NCBI GenBank assembly: GCA_019057865.1
Contig: JAHLWP010000018.1
Location: 9,052-73,051 of the forward strand
Length of the DNA: 64,000 nucleotides
Reading direction: 5' to 3'
Source: Promethearchaeota archaeon
GTDB taxonomy: Archaea > Asgardarchaeota > Lokiarchaeia > Sigyniarchaeales > SOKP01
The position numbers and the translations under genes are program-made. Numbering within the stretch: the stretch's first letter is position 1; the number at the start of each line of letters is the position of its first letter. The notes under the pieces were generated by a model. The model saw only the letters and a program-made list of their open reading frames with translations. It searched no databases and was not told where the DNA came from. Of the stretch, positions 9,156 through 20,145 are shown piece after piece.

Positions 9156-11474
9156 TTGAGGTTAAAATTGGACACTTCACCCGATATGTTTAAATTAATT
9201 ACTGAAATGGAAAAATATAAGAGTATAATTGATAACATAAAAGAATGCTACTTCGAGGTTGATTTAAGAGGTAATTTTACATTTTTCAATGATTCTGTAT
9301 GTAAACTTTTGGGTTATTCACGAGATGAACTCTTAGGATTAAATTATAAGTACCTTGCAGATGAAGAAACTAAAAATAAAGTCTTTAAAGGGTTTAATCT
9401 AGTTTATGAAACTGGTAAGCCACTAACTGATTTTCAATACCAATTTAGAAACAAAAAGGGGGAGAAAATAATTGGGGAAACCTCTGTATACTTAAAATAT
9501 GACGCAAAAGGGAATAAAATTGGTTTCTATGGTTTATTTCGCGATATAACTAAAAGAAAAAAAGAAGAACAAAGATTTAAAGAAGAATTAGAAAATAAAG
9601 TACGATTAAGAACTAAAGAATTAAGAGAATCCGAAGAAAAGTATAGTAATCTTTTCCACCATTCTAATGATGCGATCTTTTTACATGATTTGGAAGGAAA
9701 CATTATAGATGCTAATCAAAAGGTATTGGAACAATTTGGATATACAAGATCAGAGATTATAACACTTAAAATTCAAGAGCTTCATCCAATAGAAGAACTT
9801 GAATCATCTAAGAGAGCATTTGAAGAAATTTCAAAAAAAGGAGTTATAAGATTTGAAATAAGTTTTAAAAAGAAAAATGGTGAGAAATTTTTAGCTGAAG
9901 TGTCATCTAGTTTATTTAATATAGGTGGTAAGAAAGTTATTCAAGGAATTGTAAGAGATATAACCGAACGTAAATTAGCTCAGCAGAAATTAAAGGATTC
10001 TGAAGGGAAACACCGAAACATGATTAATAACCTTGATTTAGGATTTTATCAGTTAAGTTGGGATGGAATATTATTAAATCATAATCCTGCTTTTAGCAAA
10101 ATATTAGGGTTCGATCCATCTGAGAATTTAATCAATAAGTCCGTCCATGATTTTTGGCAAAAACCTGAAGAACGGATAACTTATTTAGATGAATTGAAAA
10201 GGTTAGGCTATGTTAAGAATTATTTAGTTCATGCCAAAAAGAAAAATGGTGAAAAGATTGTTTTACATCTCAATTCTCATATTTTAGACAACAGGAAAGG
10301 GAATCCCAATATAATTCAAGGATTAATAACAGATATCACTGAAAAATTCGAATTAGAACAGAAATTAAAAGAATCCGAGGAAAGATATCGGAATCTTTAT
10401 GAATCTATGCCTTTTTCTATAGCACTTCTTGATCAAAAAGGAAGGTTTGTTTATGTCAATCCTGCAACTGAGAAATTTTTTGGATACAAGATAAAAGATT
10501 TAATTGGTGAAGAATTTAGAAACCTTTCAATTATTCATCCTAGTTATTTACCTCTAATTTTAAAAAGATTAAAAAAAGTAATTGAAGGTGAAAATTTATC
10601 GCCAATAGATATTCAAGTATATAAAAAAAATGGTAATTTAACTTGGATAAACTATCAGACCTCTTTAGTAAATTTAGGTGATGAATCATTATTGCAAGTA
10701 ATTATAAATGATATTTCAGAACAAAAAAAAGCGGAAATTCTTATTAAAGAAGAAATTAAAAAATTAAAAGAATTAGATCAAATCAGGAAAGATCTTATTT
10801 CTAGAGTCTCACACGAGTTAAAAACACCACTCGTTTCTGTATGTGGAGGATCTGAACTTCTTTTGCAACTATATAAACCGAAATTGGATGCAGATGTTTT
10901 AGAGTTATTAGAACTCATAGAAAAGGGTGGAAAAAGGTTAAAGTATTTAGTTGATAATTTACTTGATATTACTCGCATAGAATATAATAAACTCAAATTA
11001 AATAAAGAATTAAAGGATTTAAGCAAAATTATTAAAGATTGCGCGAAAGAATTACTCTACTTAGCTAGAAATAGAGAATTAGATTTGGATTTAAAATTAG
11101 TAGATAACTTATATTTAGAGATAGATAAAATTAGATTAGAACAAGTAGTTATTAATTTATTATCGAATGCTATAAAGAATACACCACCTAAAGGAAAAAT
11201 TGAAATTCTTTTACAGAAAAAAGAAGATTGGGCTGAAATTTCAGTCATTGATACAGGGATTGGATTAACGAAAGGAGAAATGGATATCCTATTCACAAGA
11301 TTTGGCAAAATTGAAAGATATGGAGAAGGGTTAGAATATATAGATATTCAAGGTTCTGGATTAGGGTTATATATCTCTAAAGAAATTGTTGATTTACATA
11401 GGGGTCAAATAAGGGCTGAATCAGCAGGAAGGAATAAGGGAAGTACATTTATAGTGAAATTACCAATTAATTGA
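9156..11474 (+). CDS. Multi-PAS sensor histidine kinase (about 4 PAS + HisKA + HATPase)
   Basis: Repeated PAS/PAC units ending DITERK; H-box SHELKTPL; NAIK, DTGIG, GSGLGL. Confidence 0.93.
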   Translation: MRLKLDTSPDMFKLITEMEKYKSIIDNIKECYFEVDLRGNFTFFNDSVCKLLGYSRDELLGLNYKYLADEETKNKVFKGFNLVYETGKPLTDFQYQFRNKKGEKIIGETSVYLKYDAKGNKIGFYGLFRDITKRKKEEQRFKEELENKVRLRTKELRESEEKYSNLFHHSNDAIFLHDLEGNIIDANQKVLEQFGYTRSEIITLKIQELHPIEELESSKRAFEEISKKGVIRFEISFKKKNGEKFLAEVSSSLFNIGGKKVIQGIVRDITERKLAQQKLKDSEGKHRNMINNLDLGFYQLSWDGILLNHNPAFSKILGFDPSENLINKSVHDFWQKPEERITYLDELKRLGYVKNYLVHAKKKNGEKIVLHLNSHILDNRKGNPNIIQGLITDITEKFELEQKLKESEERYRNLYESMPFSIALLDQKGRFVYVNPATEKFFGYKIKDLIGEEFRNLSIIHPSYLPLILKRLKKVIEGENLSPIDIQVYKKNGNLTWINYQTSLVNLGDESLLQVIINDISEQKKAEILIKEEIKKLKELDQIRKDLISRVSHELKTPLVSVCGGSELLLQLYKPKLDADVLELLELIEKGGKRLKYLVDNLLDITRIEYNKLKLNKELKDLSKIIKDCAKELLYLARNRELDLDLKLVDNLYLEIDKIRLEQVVINLLSNAIKNTPPKGKIEILLQKKEDWAEISVIDTGIGLTKGEMDILFTRFGKIERYGEGLEYIDIQGSGLGLYISKEIVDLHRGQIRAESAGRNKGSTFIVKLPIN

Positions 11475-11526
11475 TTTATAATAAATAATTAAAAATTTTT
11501 TTATTTAAGTACAATTTGTAAAAAAA

Positions 11527-14160
11527 ATGAAGTATAATAAGGAAGAAATAAGAGAAAAGTATAAGGATCTATTTGAAAATTCTTTAGATTTAATTTATGT
11601 TAATGATCTAAAAGGCAATATTCTTGATGCTAATGAGATTGCTTTAAAATCTCTTGGATATAATAGAGAAGAAATACCAGACCTTTCTTTCACAGATTTA
11701 GTTGATAAAGAGAATTTGTTTAAAGCAATAAAGGTTACCAAAGAAATAATGGAAAAAGGAAAGCAAACAGAACGTAGTGAATATAAACTTAGAAAAAAGG
11801 AAGGAAAATTTATTTATATTGAAACATATGCAATTCCTTTAAAAAAGAATGATAAAATTTATGCTATTTTAGGAATTGGAACTAATATTACTGAACGGAA
11901 AATTGCTGAACAAAAACTTAGAGAATCAGAAGAGAAGTATCGACATCTATTTGAAAATTCTCCTTATTTTGTAGGATTAGTTGATTTAAAAGGAAATTTA
12001 ATAGATTGCAATAATCGAGCTGAACATTTTCTTTCAGTCCATAAGAAAGAGGATTTAATTGGAAAAAATTTTAGAGAAATTTTCTCAATTAATGAAAATA
12101 ACAAATATATTATACCCACATTTGAAGAAACTTATAAAAATATACTTAAAGGTGAAATTCCAGAACCTATTGAATTTAAATTATATAGAACAGTAGGGGA
12201 ATTCTTATGGCTAAATCTCCGAGGTTCCTTAATAGATATTGAAGGAAAAAAATCAATCCAATTTATAATTCAAGACATTACAGAGAAAAAAGAAGCGGAG
12301 CAAAAACTAAAAGAATCTGAAGAAAAGTACAAGAACTTAGTAGAAAATGCTCAAGAAGGTGTTTGGGCAGTGGATGAAAATGATGATACAATCTTTGTAA
12401 ATCCAAAATTATGCGAAATGCTTGGATATACTAAAGAAGAAATGATTGGTACAAATATAAATTTTTTTTTAGAGGACTCAATGATAGAATTGATCAATAG
12501 TTATCGAAAACGTCGGGAAAAAGGTTTGAAAGATAGTTATGAACTGGAATTTATAAAAAAAGATGGAACTCTATTAAACACGAGTATAAAAGCAGCTCCA
12601 ATTCTGACAGAAAGTGGAGAGTTTAAGGGTTCATTTGCATACATTAATGATATTACAAATAGAAAAATAGCGGAGCAAAAATTAAAAGAATCTGAAAAGA
12701 GATATCGAAATCTTTTTGAGTCTATGCCTTATGTTATAGTTTTGATAAATCAAAAAGGTACAATTACTGATTGTAACCCTGCAATAGAGAAGCTAATAGG
12801 ATACGATAAAAAGGAATTAATCGGCAAAGATTTTAAAAACCTACAAATCATTCATCCAAAATATTTACCTGTCATTTTAAAACGGTTTAAGAGAGTAATA
12901 AAAGGGGAAGTCTTACATCCAATAGAAATACAGATATATAAAAAGGATGTTAATTTGATTTGGATAAATTATCAATCCTCATTAGTTGACTTGGGTAATG
13001 AGTCATTATTACAAATAATTGTTGATGACATTTCAGAACAAAAGAAGGCAGAACTAGAATTAGTAGAATCTGAAAAAAAATTCAGAACTATTTTTGAAGC
13101 GATACCAGATTTCTTTTTTCTCGTCGATCATGATACAACAATCTTAGATTATAAAGGGAAAGAGGAAGATTTATATTTACCTCCAGAACTATTTCTTGGA
13201 AAAAAATTAACCAAAGTTATGCCTGTAGAAATAAAGGATTTATCACTAAATGCTGTAAAGAACACTATAAAAACACAACAACCACAATTGATGGAATATG
13301 CTCTTACTATAAAAAATGAAACTCGACATTTTGAAGCTCGCTTTCTTTTTTTCTCTGAAGAACGTGTTGCTATATTTATACGGGAAATTACAGATCGGAA
13401 AAAAACTGATCTTCTCATCAAAGAAGAAATTAATAAATTGAAAGAATTAGATCAAATTAGAAAAGATCTTATTTCTAGAGTCTCCCATGAGTTAAAAACA
13501 CCACTTGTTTCTGTTGTCGGCGGATCCGAGCTTCTTCTTAAGAATTTTAAAGAAAAAATGAAGGATGAAGAATTAGAGCTATTAGAGATTATTCAAAAAG
13601 GAGGGAAAAGATTAAAACACCTTATTGAAAATCTACTTGATATTACTCGAATAGATTATAATAAACTCACATTGAATAAACAACCACATAATATATGTGA
13701 TATAATTAGAGAGATATCAAATGATATGATTTATTTAATAAAGGAACGAAAGCTTATATTAAACATAGAACAGCCTGAGAGCTTGCGTTTAAATATAGAT
13801 AGAATTAGAATTGAACAAGTTATTGCAAACTTATTATTAAATGCTATAAAGAATACACCACCTATGGGAAATATAACGTTAAAATTACAAAAAAAGGAAG
13901 ACTGGGCAGAATTTTCGGTCAGTGATACAGGAGTAGGTTTAACTAAAGAAGAAATGAATATTATCTTCACTAGATTTGGAAAGATAGAGAGATATGGACA
14001 AGGTTTAGAATATATTGATATTCAAGGTTCTGGACTGGGATTATTTATATCTAAAGAAATAGTTGATTTACATAGTGGTTATATTAGAGCAGAATCAGAA
14101 GGTAGAAATAAAGGAAGCACATTTATAGTACAACTGCCAATTCAAAATAGAGATAAGTGA
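11527..14160 (+). CDS. Multi-PAS sensor histidine kinase (about 5 PAS + HisKA + HATPase)
   Basis: Same motifs; kinase core highly similar to the upstream paralog. Confidence 0.93.
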   Translation: MKYNKEEIREKYKDLFENSLDLIYVNDLKGNILDANEIALKSLGYNREEIPDLSFTDLVDKENLFKAIKVTKEIMEKGKQTERSEYKLRKKEGKFIYIETYAIPLKKNDKIYAILGIGTNITERKIAEQKLRESEEKYRHLFENSPYFVGLVDLKGNLIDCNNRAEHFLSVHKKEDLIGKNFREIFSINENNKYIIPTFEETYKNILKGEIPEPIEFKLYRTVGEFLWLNLRGSLIDIEGKKSIQFIIQDITEKKEAEQKLKESEEKYKNLVENAQEGVWAVDENDDTIFVNPKLCEMLGYTKEEMIGTNINFFLEDSMIELINSYRKRREKGLKDSYELEFIKKDGTLLNTSIKAAPILTESGEFKGSFAYINDITNRKIAEQKLKESEKRYRNLFESMPYVIVLINQKGTITDCNPAIEKLIGYDKKELIGKDFKNLQIIHPKYLPVILKRFKRVIKGEVLHPIEIQIYKKDVNLIWINYQSSLVDLGNESLLQIIVDDISEQKKAELELVESEKKFRTIFEAIPDFFFLVDHDTTILDYKGKEEDLYLPPELFLGKKLTKVMPVEIKDLSLNAVKNTIKTQQPQLMEYALTIKNETRHFEARFLFFSEERVAIFIREITDRKKTDLLIKEEINKLKELDQIRKDLISRVSHELKTPLVSVVGGSELLLKNFKEKMKDEELELLEIIQKGGKRLKHLIENLLDITRIDYNKLTLNKQPHNICDIIREISNDMIYLIKERKLILNIEQPESLRLNIDRIRIEQVIANLLLNAIKNTPPMGNITLKLQKKEDWAEFSVSDTGVGLTKEEMNIIFTRFGKIERYGQGLEYIDIQGSGLGLFISKEIVDLHSGYIRAESEGRNKGSTFIVQLPIQNRDK

Positions 14161-14172
14161 ATTTTTTATTCG

Positions 14173-14757
14173 TTATAAAATCTTAGCAAGATTAAATCCT
14201 TGTTCAATCAGTTCAATATTTTGATGTGCTAAATTCTCCCCCATTTTTTTTGAAATTACTCTTTTAAGGTTTTCTAAACTTAATTCTGGAAGAGCTTTTG
14301 ATAGTAAACCTAAGATTGGAGTATTTATTACAGGAACTCCATCAATGGTAAGATTTTTTTCTAGAGCTAATTTACTTATATCAGCTACAACTAATTTAAC
14401 ATTTTTAAAGGTAAATTTACTAACGAAATAATCGGGATCCTTTTCGGAGTTTATTATAAAAATTCCTCCTTTTTTAAGAGATGAAGCAATTTCTTGATTT
14501 AGAACTGTCTCATCAAAAATAATTAAAACATTTGGGTTTTCGATCTGCGCACGATCCCATATTGTTTCGGTTCTAGAGAGTTTAGCGTATGCCTGAACAG
14601 GCGCTCCTCTTCTTTCTGCCCCAAAGGAAGGATAGGCATGAACATCAACAAAATTACCACTCATATATGCTGCTTCTGCAATTATTTCCGCACATGTAAC
14701 TACTCCCATTCCCCCTCTACCATGTATAGTGATATCTACATTCTCTTTTTCAATCAT
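14173..14757 (-). CDS. porG: Pyruvate/2-oxoacid:ferredoxin oxidoreductase gamma subunit
   Basis: HGRGGMGVVT, YPSFGAERRGAPV; likely start ATG14757 (MIEKENVDITIHGRGG). Confidence 0.88.
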   Translation of the reverse strand: MIEKENVDITIHGRGGMGVVTCAEIIAEAAYMSGNFVDVHAYPSFGAERRGAPVQAYAKLSRTETIWDRAQIENPNVLIIFDETVLNQEIASSLKKGGIFIINSEKDPDYFVSKFTFKNVKLVVADISKLALEKNLTIDGVPVINTPILGLLSKALPELSLENLKRVISKKMGENLAHQNIELIEQGFNLAKIL

Positions 14758-14978
14758 AGAAAAACCTAAAAATTGATTACTAGAATAACAGAATTGATAT
14801 TTTTTAATATGAATTATATGCAAAAATTAAAAACTTTACCTTGTTTTGAATAATCTGTACTAAATTTTTTTTCCCTATTTATTCTTCGAAATTTTTGACT
14901 AAATATTAATAATGATAAAAAATCAAATGATATTATAATTAATTTATATAAAAAACAAAACATCACATTGTGATAAAC

Positions 14979-15827
14979 ATGAAAAATGATACTGGTTATT
15001 TTGAAGGAAGGGAAACTAAAAAATTATTCTACCAATATTGGTTACCAGATTCGGGAGGAATTAAAGCATATATCGTAGCTATCCACGGATGGGGGACACA
15101 TTCAGATAGAATGATGATTCCTGCGGAATATTTCACAGATAAAGGATATGCCATTTATTCCTTTGATTTAAGAGGACATTGGAGGAATGCTGGTGATATT
15201 CCTGGGCATATTGATAGTATGGATCATATACAAAAAGATATAATGCTTTTTATGGATCTTATCCGAGAAGTAGCAGATGATAAAAAAATCTTTCTTATGG
15301 GACACTCATTTGGAGGATTAATAAGTTTAATTTATGCTATAAATCATCCTGGTTTACCAAGTGTGCTTGTTTCCTCACCATTATTAGGTGTATTTTTGAA
15401 ACTATCAATTGGTAAAAAAGTTATTAAAACAGTATCAAAAACAATAGCAAAATTATCACCTAATAAAATTTTAAATAGCAATATTGACCAAAACCAATTA
15501 ACTAGCGATTTGAAAATATTAAAACAGTATATTGCAGATAAGAAGAAAATAGATGTAATTTCAGTTAAATCAACGTCAGAAATTGATAAGTACTCTAAAT
15601 GGGCTATGGAGAATGCTTCCAGCTTAATATGCCCTACATTCATCATGCAAGCGGGTAATGATAAAATAATTGATAAAAATAAAACTAAAGATTTCTTTAA
15701 TAAAGTAAAAAGTGAAGATAAAATGTATAAAGAGTACCCTGGCTTTTTGCATGAGTTATGGAATGAAAAAGGAAGAGCTCAAGTATATCAAGATATGTTT
15801 GTATGGATTGAAAAGCATTTAAAATAA
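14979..15827 (+). CDS. Alpha/beta-hydrolase, monoacylglycerol lipase/lysophospholipase family
   Basis: HGWG, FDLRGH, GHSFGG nucleophile elbow, HELWNE. Confidence 0.88.
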   Translation: MKNDTGYFEGRETKKLFYQYWLPDSGGIKAYIVAIHGWGTHSDRMMIPAEYFTDKGYAIYSFDLRGHWRNAGDIPGHIDSMDHIQKDIMLFMDLIREVADDKKIFLMGHSFGGLISLIYAINHPGLPSVLVSSPLLGVFLKLSIGKKVIKTVSKTIAKLSPNKILNSNIDQNQLTSDLKILKQYIADKKKIDVISVKSTSEIDKYSKWAMENASSLICPTFIMQAGNDKIIDKNKTKDFFNKVKSEDKMYKEYPGFLHELWNEKGRAQVYQDMFVWIEKHLK

Positions 15828-16039
15828 ACATTTATGAAAAAATACAATCTTGATGAGTTCCTCAAAAATTTTATCCAGAGTTATTTGATTTACCTGAACC
15901 GTGGATAGAAACTTTAGATATAACCCCTTGGATTTGAAAACTAATAATTAATTATTAAAAATGTAATAAATATAATTAATTTCTATTAAAAACTAATAGA
16001 CTTGTAGCATTTAATTCTAAATTATAACTTAATTTCTTA

Positions 16040-18919
16040 ATGCTTGATAAAATGTCTTTTAAAGATATTAAATTTAAAGATCTAACCCCAATGTTAAAAC
16101 ATTGGTATTCAGTGAAAAAGAAGTACCCCGAAATTATCGTTGCCTATCGAATGGGCGATTTTTACGAATTCTTCTACGATGACGCAGAAAAAATTTCAAA
16201 ACTTTTAGGGATAACATTAACAAAAAGAGGAAATGTTCCTCTAGCAGGAATTCCTCATCATTCTGGTCATAATTACTTTAACAATCTCATGAAGCTTGGT
16301 GAGACTTTAGTAATAGTTGATCAATTAGAAGATCCCGCGACCGTGAAGGGTAGAATTGTGAAACGAGGAGTTACTCGGATACTTTCACCAGGAACAATTA
16401 TAGAGCCAAATTTATTAAAATCCAATGAGAATAATTATATTGCATCGATTGTTAAAGAAAGAAATGGATTTGGTGTTGCTTTCGCTGATATATCTACAGG
16501 AGAATTTGTCGCAACAGAATTCTCAAATAAAAGGCAAGATCCACAGGAAAAATTGCTAAGCTTATTTTCTCAATTTGATCCTGTTGAATTGATTATCCCT
16601 CCTGAATTAAAAAAAGATGAAAGACTTTTTATACTTTTAACAGATCTAACAAAAGCAATCATAAAATCCTATGAAGAACATGTCTTTTTATTTGATGAGG
16701 CTTATATGTTAATTACTCGTCATTTTAAAATTTCAAATTTAAAGAGCTTTGGTCTAGAAGAGAAAGAGATGGCAGTTCAAGCTACAGGGGGACTATTAGC
16801 TTTTTTAAAAGACACCCAGAGAGATCTAATTCCGAATATTTTTAAAATCAATATTATCCAAGAAAATAATATACTCCACTTGGATTATATTACACAAAGG
16901 AATTTAGAATTAATTAATCCTTTATGGGAAAGAGGAAAGGATGCTACATTGTACTCTATTTTTAACCACACTCAAACACCTATGGGAGCTCGTTTATTAA
17001 GAAAATTTATTCTCCAACCACTAACAAATATTGGGGAAATAAATCAAAGATTAAATCTAGTCCAAAAATTTAAGAATGATATTTTTCTAAGATCTGATTT
17101 AAGGGAAGAATTAGGAGTTATAGGCGATCTAGAAAGATTTATTAATAGAATTAATTATACCGGTCGCACTAATGCTCGCGATTTAATAAATATCAAAAAT
17201 TCTTTAGAAAAAATTCCAATAATTAAAAAATTATTAGAAAAGGCAAATATTCCAGAAATTTCAAATTTTATTAAAAAAATTAAAACTTTCAATGAAATAA
17301 AAGACCTTATAGATATATCAATTAAAGATACTCCCCCAACTACTGTTAGGGAAGGCAATATTATTAAAGATGATTTTAACGATGATGTAGATGAACTTAG
17401 AGATATTATTCATAATGGAAAGAAGTATGTATTAGAATATGAACAAGAACAAAAGAAAAAGTGGAACTTAACAACAGGATTGAAAGTTGGATATAACAAT
17501 ATTCTCGGTTATTATATCGAAATAACATTAAGAACCCTCAAAAACATAAGGACTATTCCTGAAGAATATGTTGAGAGAGCAACTCTTAAAAATGCTAAAA
17601 GATATACAACAAAACGATTAAAACAACTTGAAGAGAAAATCCTTAATGCTGAAGAAAAAATCAATGATTTAGAATATGAAATTTTTAATACTATTCGTGA
17701 AAGTGTCGAAAAAGAGACTAAAAATATCCTTGAAACCGCAAAAAATATTGCTATAGTTGATGTTCTCGCATGTTTTGCTGAAATCGCAGAACAATACAAT
17801 TATTGTAGACCAATTATTAATAATGACAACAAAATCATAATTAAAGAAGGTAGGCATCCTGTAGTTGAACAGATAAACATAGATGAGCAATTTATTCCAA
17901 ATGATTGTTATTTAGATAATGAAAATGACCAATTATTAATTATAACTGGTCCTAATATGGCTGGAAAAAGTACATATCTAAGACAAGTGGCTTTAATATG
18001 CATTATTGCTCAAATGGGATGTTTTGTTCCAGCAAAATCTGCCACTCTTGGAATAATTGATCAAATTTTCACTCGAATCGGTGCCTCAGATGACCTTGCT
18101 AGAAAATTAAGTACCTTTATGATAGAAATGACAGAAACTGCAAAAATTCTTAATTATGCTACACCATATAGTCTTGTTATAATAGATGAGTTAGGTAGAG
18201 GTACCAGTACCAGTGATGGTCAAAGTATAGCAATGGCAACTTTAGAAAAACTTCATGAATTACAAGTTAAAACTCTTTTTAGTACTCATTATCATCAATT
18301 AACAGAAATTAGTTTACCGCGAGTAAAAAATTATCATTTAGATATTATCGAAAATGATGATGGAAGTATTAATTTTGTTAGAAAATTAAGACCCGGAAGC
18401 ACAGATAAATCTTATGGAATTCATGTTGCTAAGTTAGCAGGAATTCCGGATGATGTAATTATAAGAGCATTTGAGATTTTAGAACAAATAGAAGAAAAGG
18501 ATCCTTTTAAAAAAACAGTTAAAGAAAATGGGAATAATTTTGTATCTATAAAACACCATGATAAGATAATCAGCGAAAAAAGAAAAACATTAGAAAAATT
18601 AAACGTGCAATTAGAGAATAAGAAGGACAAATTAACTAAATGTGAAGCCGTGATAAGTGAAAAAGAAAAAGTAATCAAAAATAAGAGTTTTGAAATAAAG
18701 AAGCTGAAAACAAACCTAGAGAAATATACAGATAAAAAACAAGGTACTAAGAAAAAACTTGTTCAGACTACTTTCTTTAAACCAACAGTTTTAAAAGAAG
18801 AAGTAATAGATGACAATTTAAAAGAGTTAATGGATTTATTAAGAGAACTTGATATAAATTCTCTTACTCCTGTTGAAGCACTTAAAAAATTAAGTGATCT
18901 TAAAGATAAGTTAATGTAA
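16040..18919 (+). CDS. mutS: DNA mismatch repair protein MutS (MutS1 type)
   Basis: TPM..W, RMGDFYEFF, GPNMAGKST, DELGRGTST, SYGIHVA. Confidence 0.96.
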   Translation: MLDKMSFKDIKFKDLTPMLKHWYSVKKKYPEIIVAYRMGDFYEFFYDDAEKISKLLGITLTKRGNVPLAGIPHHSGHNYFNNLMKLGETLVIVDQLEDPATVKGRIVKRGVTRILSPGTIIEPNLLKSNENNYIASIVKERNGFGVAFADISTGEFVATEFSNKRQDPQEKLLSLFSQFDPVELIIPPELKKDERLFILLTDLTKAIIKSYEEHVFLFDEAYMLITRHFKISNLKSFGLEEKEMAVQATGGLLAFLKDTQRDLIPNIFKINIIQENNILHLDYITQRNLELINPLWERGKDATLYSIFNHTQTPMGARLLRKFILQPLTNIGEINQRLNLVQKFKNDIFLRSDLREELGVIGDLERFINRINYTGRTNARDLINIKNSLEKIPIIKKLLEKANIPEISNFIKKIKTFNEIKDLIDISIKDTPPTTVREGNIIKDDFNDDVDELRDIIHNGKKYVLEYEQEQKKKWNLTTGLKVGYNNILGYYIEITLRTLKNIRTIPEEYVERATLKNAKRYTTKRLKQLEEKILNAEEKINDLEYEIFNTIRESVEKETKNILETAKNIAIVDVLACFAEIAEQYNYCRPIINNDNKIIIKEGRHPVVEQINIDEQFIPNDCYLDNENDQLLIITGPNMAGKSTYLRQVALICIIAQMGCFVPAKSATLGIIDQIFTRIGASDDLARKLSTFMIEMTETAKILNYATPYSLVIIDELGRGTSTSDGQSIAMATLEKLHELQVKTLFSTHYHQLTEISLPRVKNYHLDIIENDDGSINFVRKLRPGSTDKSYGIHVAKLAGIPDDVIIRAFEILEQIEEKDPFKKTVKENGNNFVSIKHHDKIISEKRKTLEKLNVQLENKKDKLTKCEAVISEKEKVIKNKSFEIKKLKTNLEKYTDKKQGTKKKLVQTTFFKPTVLKEEVIDDNLKELMDLLRELDINSLTPVEALKKLSDLKDKLM

Positions 18920-18925
18920 TTTAAA

Positions 18926-19831
18926 TCAAGCGAAGACAACAGGTATAATAAAAACTATTATAGTGAGATAAACATAATAAATAGTTGTTATTGATACAAG
19001 AATGATTCTATAAACGTTTTTCCTCTTTCCATCTTTAATATTATCAATAAATATTATTAATAACAATCCTATGAACATTAAATGAGATGGTTGTAAAGCC
19101 TTCCATAAAATTGAATCGATTATTAATAAACCTTGTATTTCAACATCACTGTGACCCCAATTCTTTACCATTTGAAAAAGGTAATCCGGGAAGATCATAT
19201 AAGGAATACAAATAATAGCGAAAGGAATTAAAAAATATATAAGATCCTTAAATCTTAGCTTTTTAACTATAAGTAATAAAGGAAGAAATAATATAGCAGT
19301 TATTTTAAATGTCGCAAGTATGAATAAAATTCCTGCATTCCATTTTTTATCTTTTTCTAGGGAATAGTATGACATAAACAAGAAAAAAGCTATTAAAAAA
19401 TTTACATTATGGTAGTAAGCATCTATACTATACCCAATTGTGCCTAGTATGTAAAAAATTAGTAAATCCTTTTTTTCCTTGAATAATTTCGGGGATTCTT
19501 TTATTATTACTATTGATAATATAAGCCTTAATATATCCCATACATACACCCCAACAATTAAAGGAAACAAATAAATGGGGAAAAATAGAAAATACCAAAA
19601 ATAAAGATAATAAGGAGGCCAATCAGAAATTTCAACTGGATCATAAAAATTAATCAATCCATTATCCATTCCTTCTAAAAGAATTTTGAAATCGATATCC
19701 TTTGTCTCTTTAATCCAAGCAGAAATATCAACAAAGTATAACAGAATTCTTAAAATGATTAGCGAACATGTAATAATTATTAGGATATAAATGAAATATG
19801 TATGTAATGAATAGCTTTTCTGGTTATTCAT
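18926..19831 (-). CDS. Polytopic membrane protein, probable GT87/DUF2029-like glycosyltransferase
   Basis: Many TM segments; PPYYLY and ATFKIT patterns resemble GT-C family 87. Confidence 0.6.
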   Translation of the reverse strand: MNNQKSYSLHTYFIYILIIITCSLIILRILLYFVDISAWIKETKDIDFKILLEGMDNGLINFYDPVEISDWPPYYLYFWYFLFFPIYLFPLIVGVYVWDILRLILSIVIIKESPKLFKEKKDLLIFYILGTIGYSIDAYYHNVNFLIAFFLFMSYYSLEKDKKWNAGILFILATFKITAILFLPLLLIVKKLRFKDLIYFLIPFAIICIPYMIFPDYLFQMVKNWGHSDVEIQGLLIIDSILWKALQPSHLMFIGLLLIIFIDNIKDGKRKNVYRIILVSITTIYYVYLTIIVFIIPVVFA

Positions 19832-20145
19832 TGTAATGGTTCATAATTCACATTATAAAATAGATTAATATTAAGTATTAAAGGAACTTTAAAAGAGTTA
19901 CTTAGGTAAAATTAAATAAAAGTTAAATGAATAAGCTTTTTTTAAAAATCTACTAAAATAAAATTTAATATAAGATTAATAATAATTTTCAAAATTTTAG
20001 CAATTATTTTTAATTTTTAATTGAAAATTTAATTATTAGAACTATACTTTTAAAATTATATTTTTATATGACGGAGTTATAATTTTTAAATTCAAGTTGA
20101 TGAAAAATATATATATTTTATAAAACTATGAAGTTTTGAAAAGAA

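Noticed and set aside
15841-15850. AATACAATCT, the same 10-mer as in the tandem repeat at the 54042 junction
   Set aside because: An AT-rich 10-mer is expected about once by chance in a window of this size and composition.
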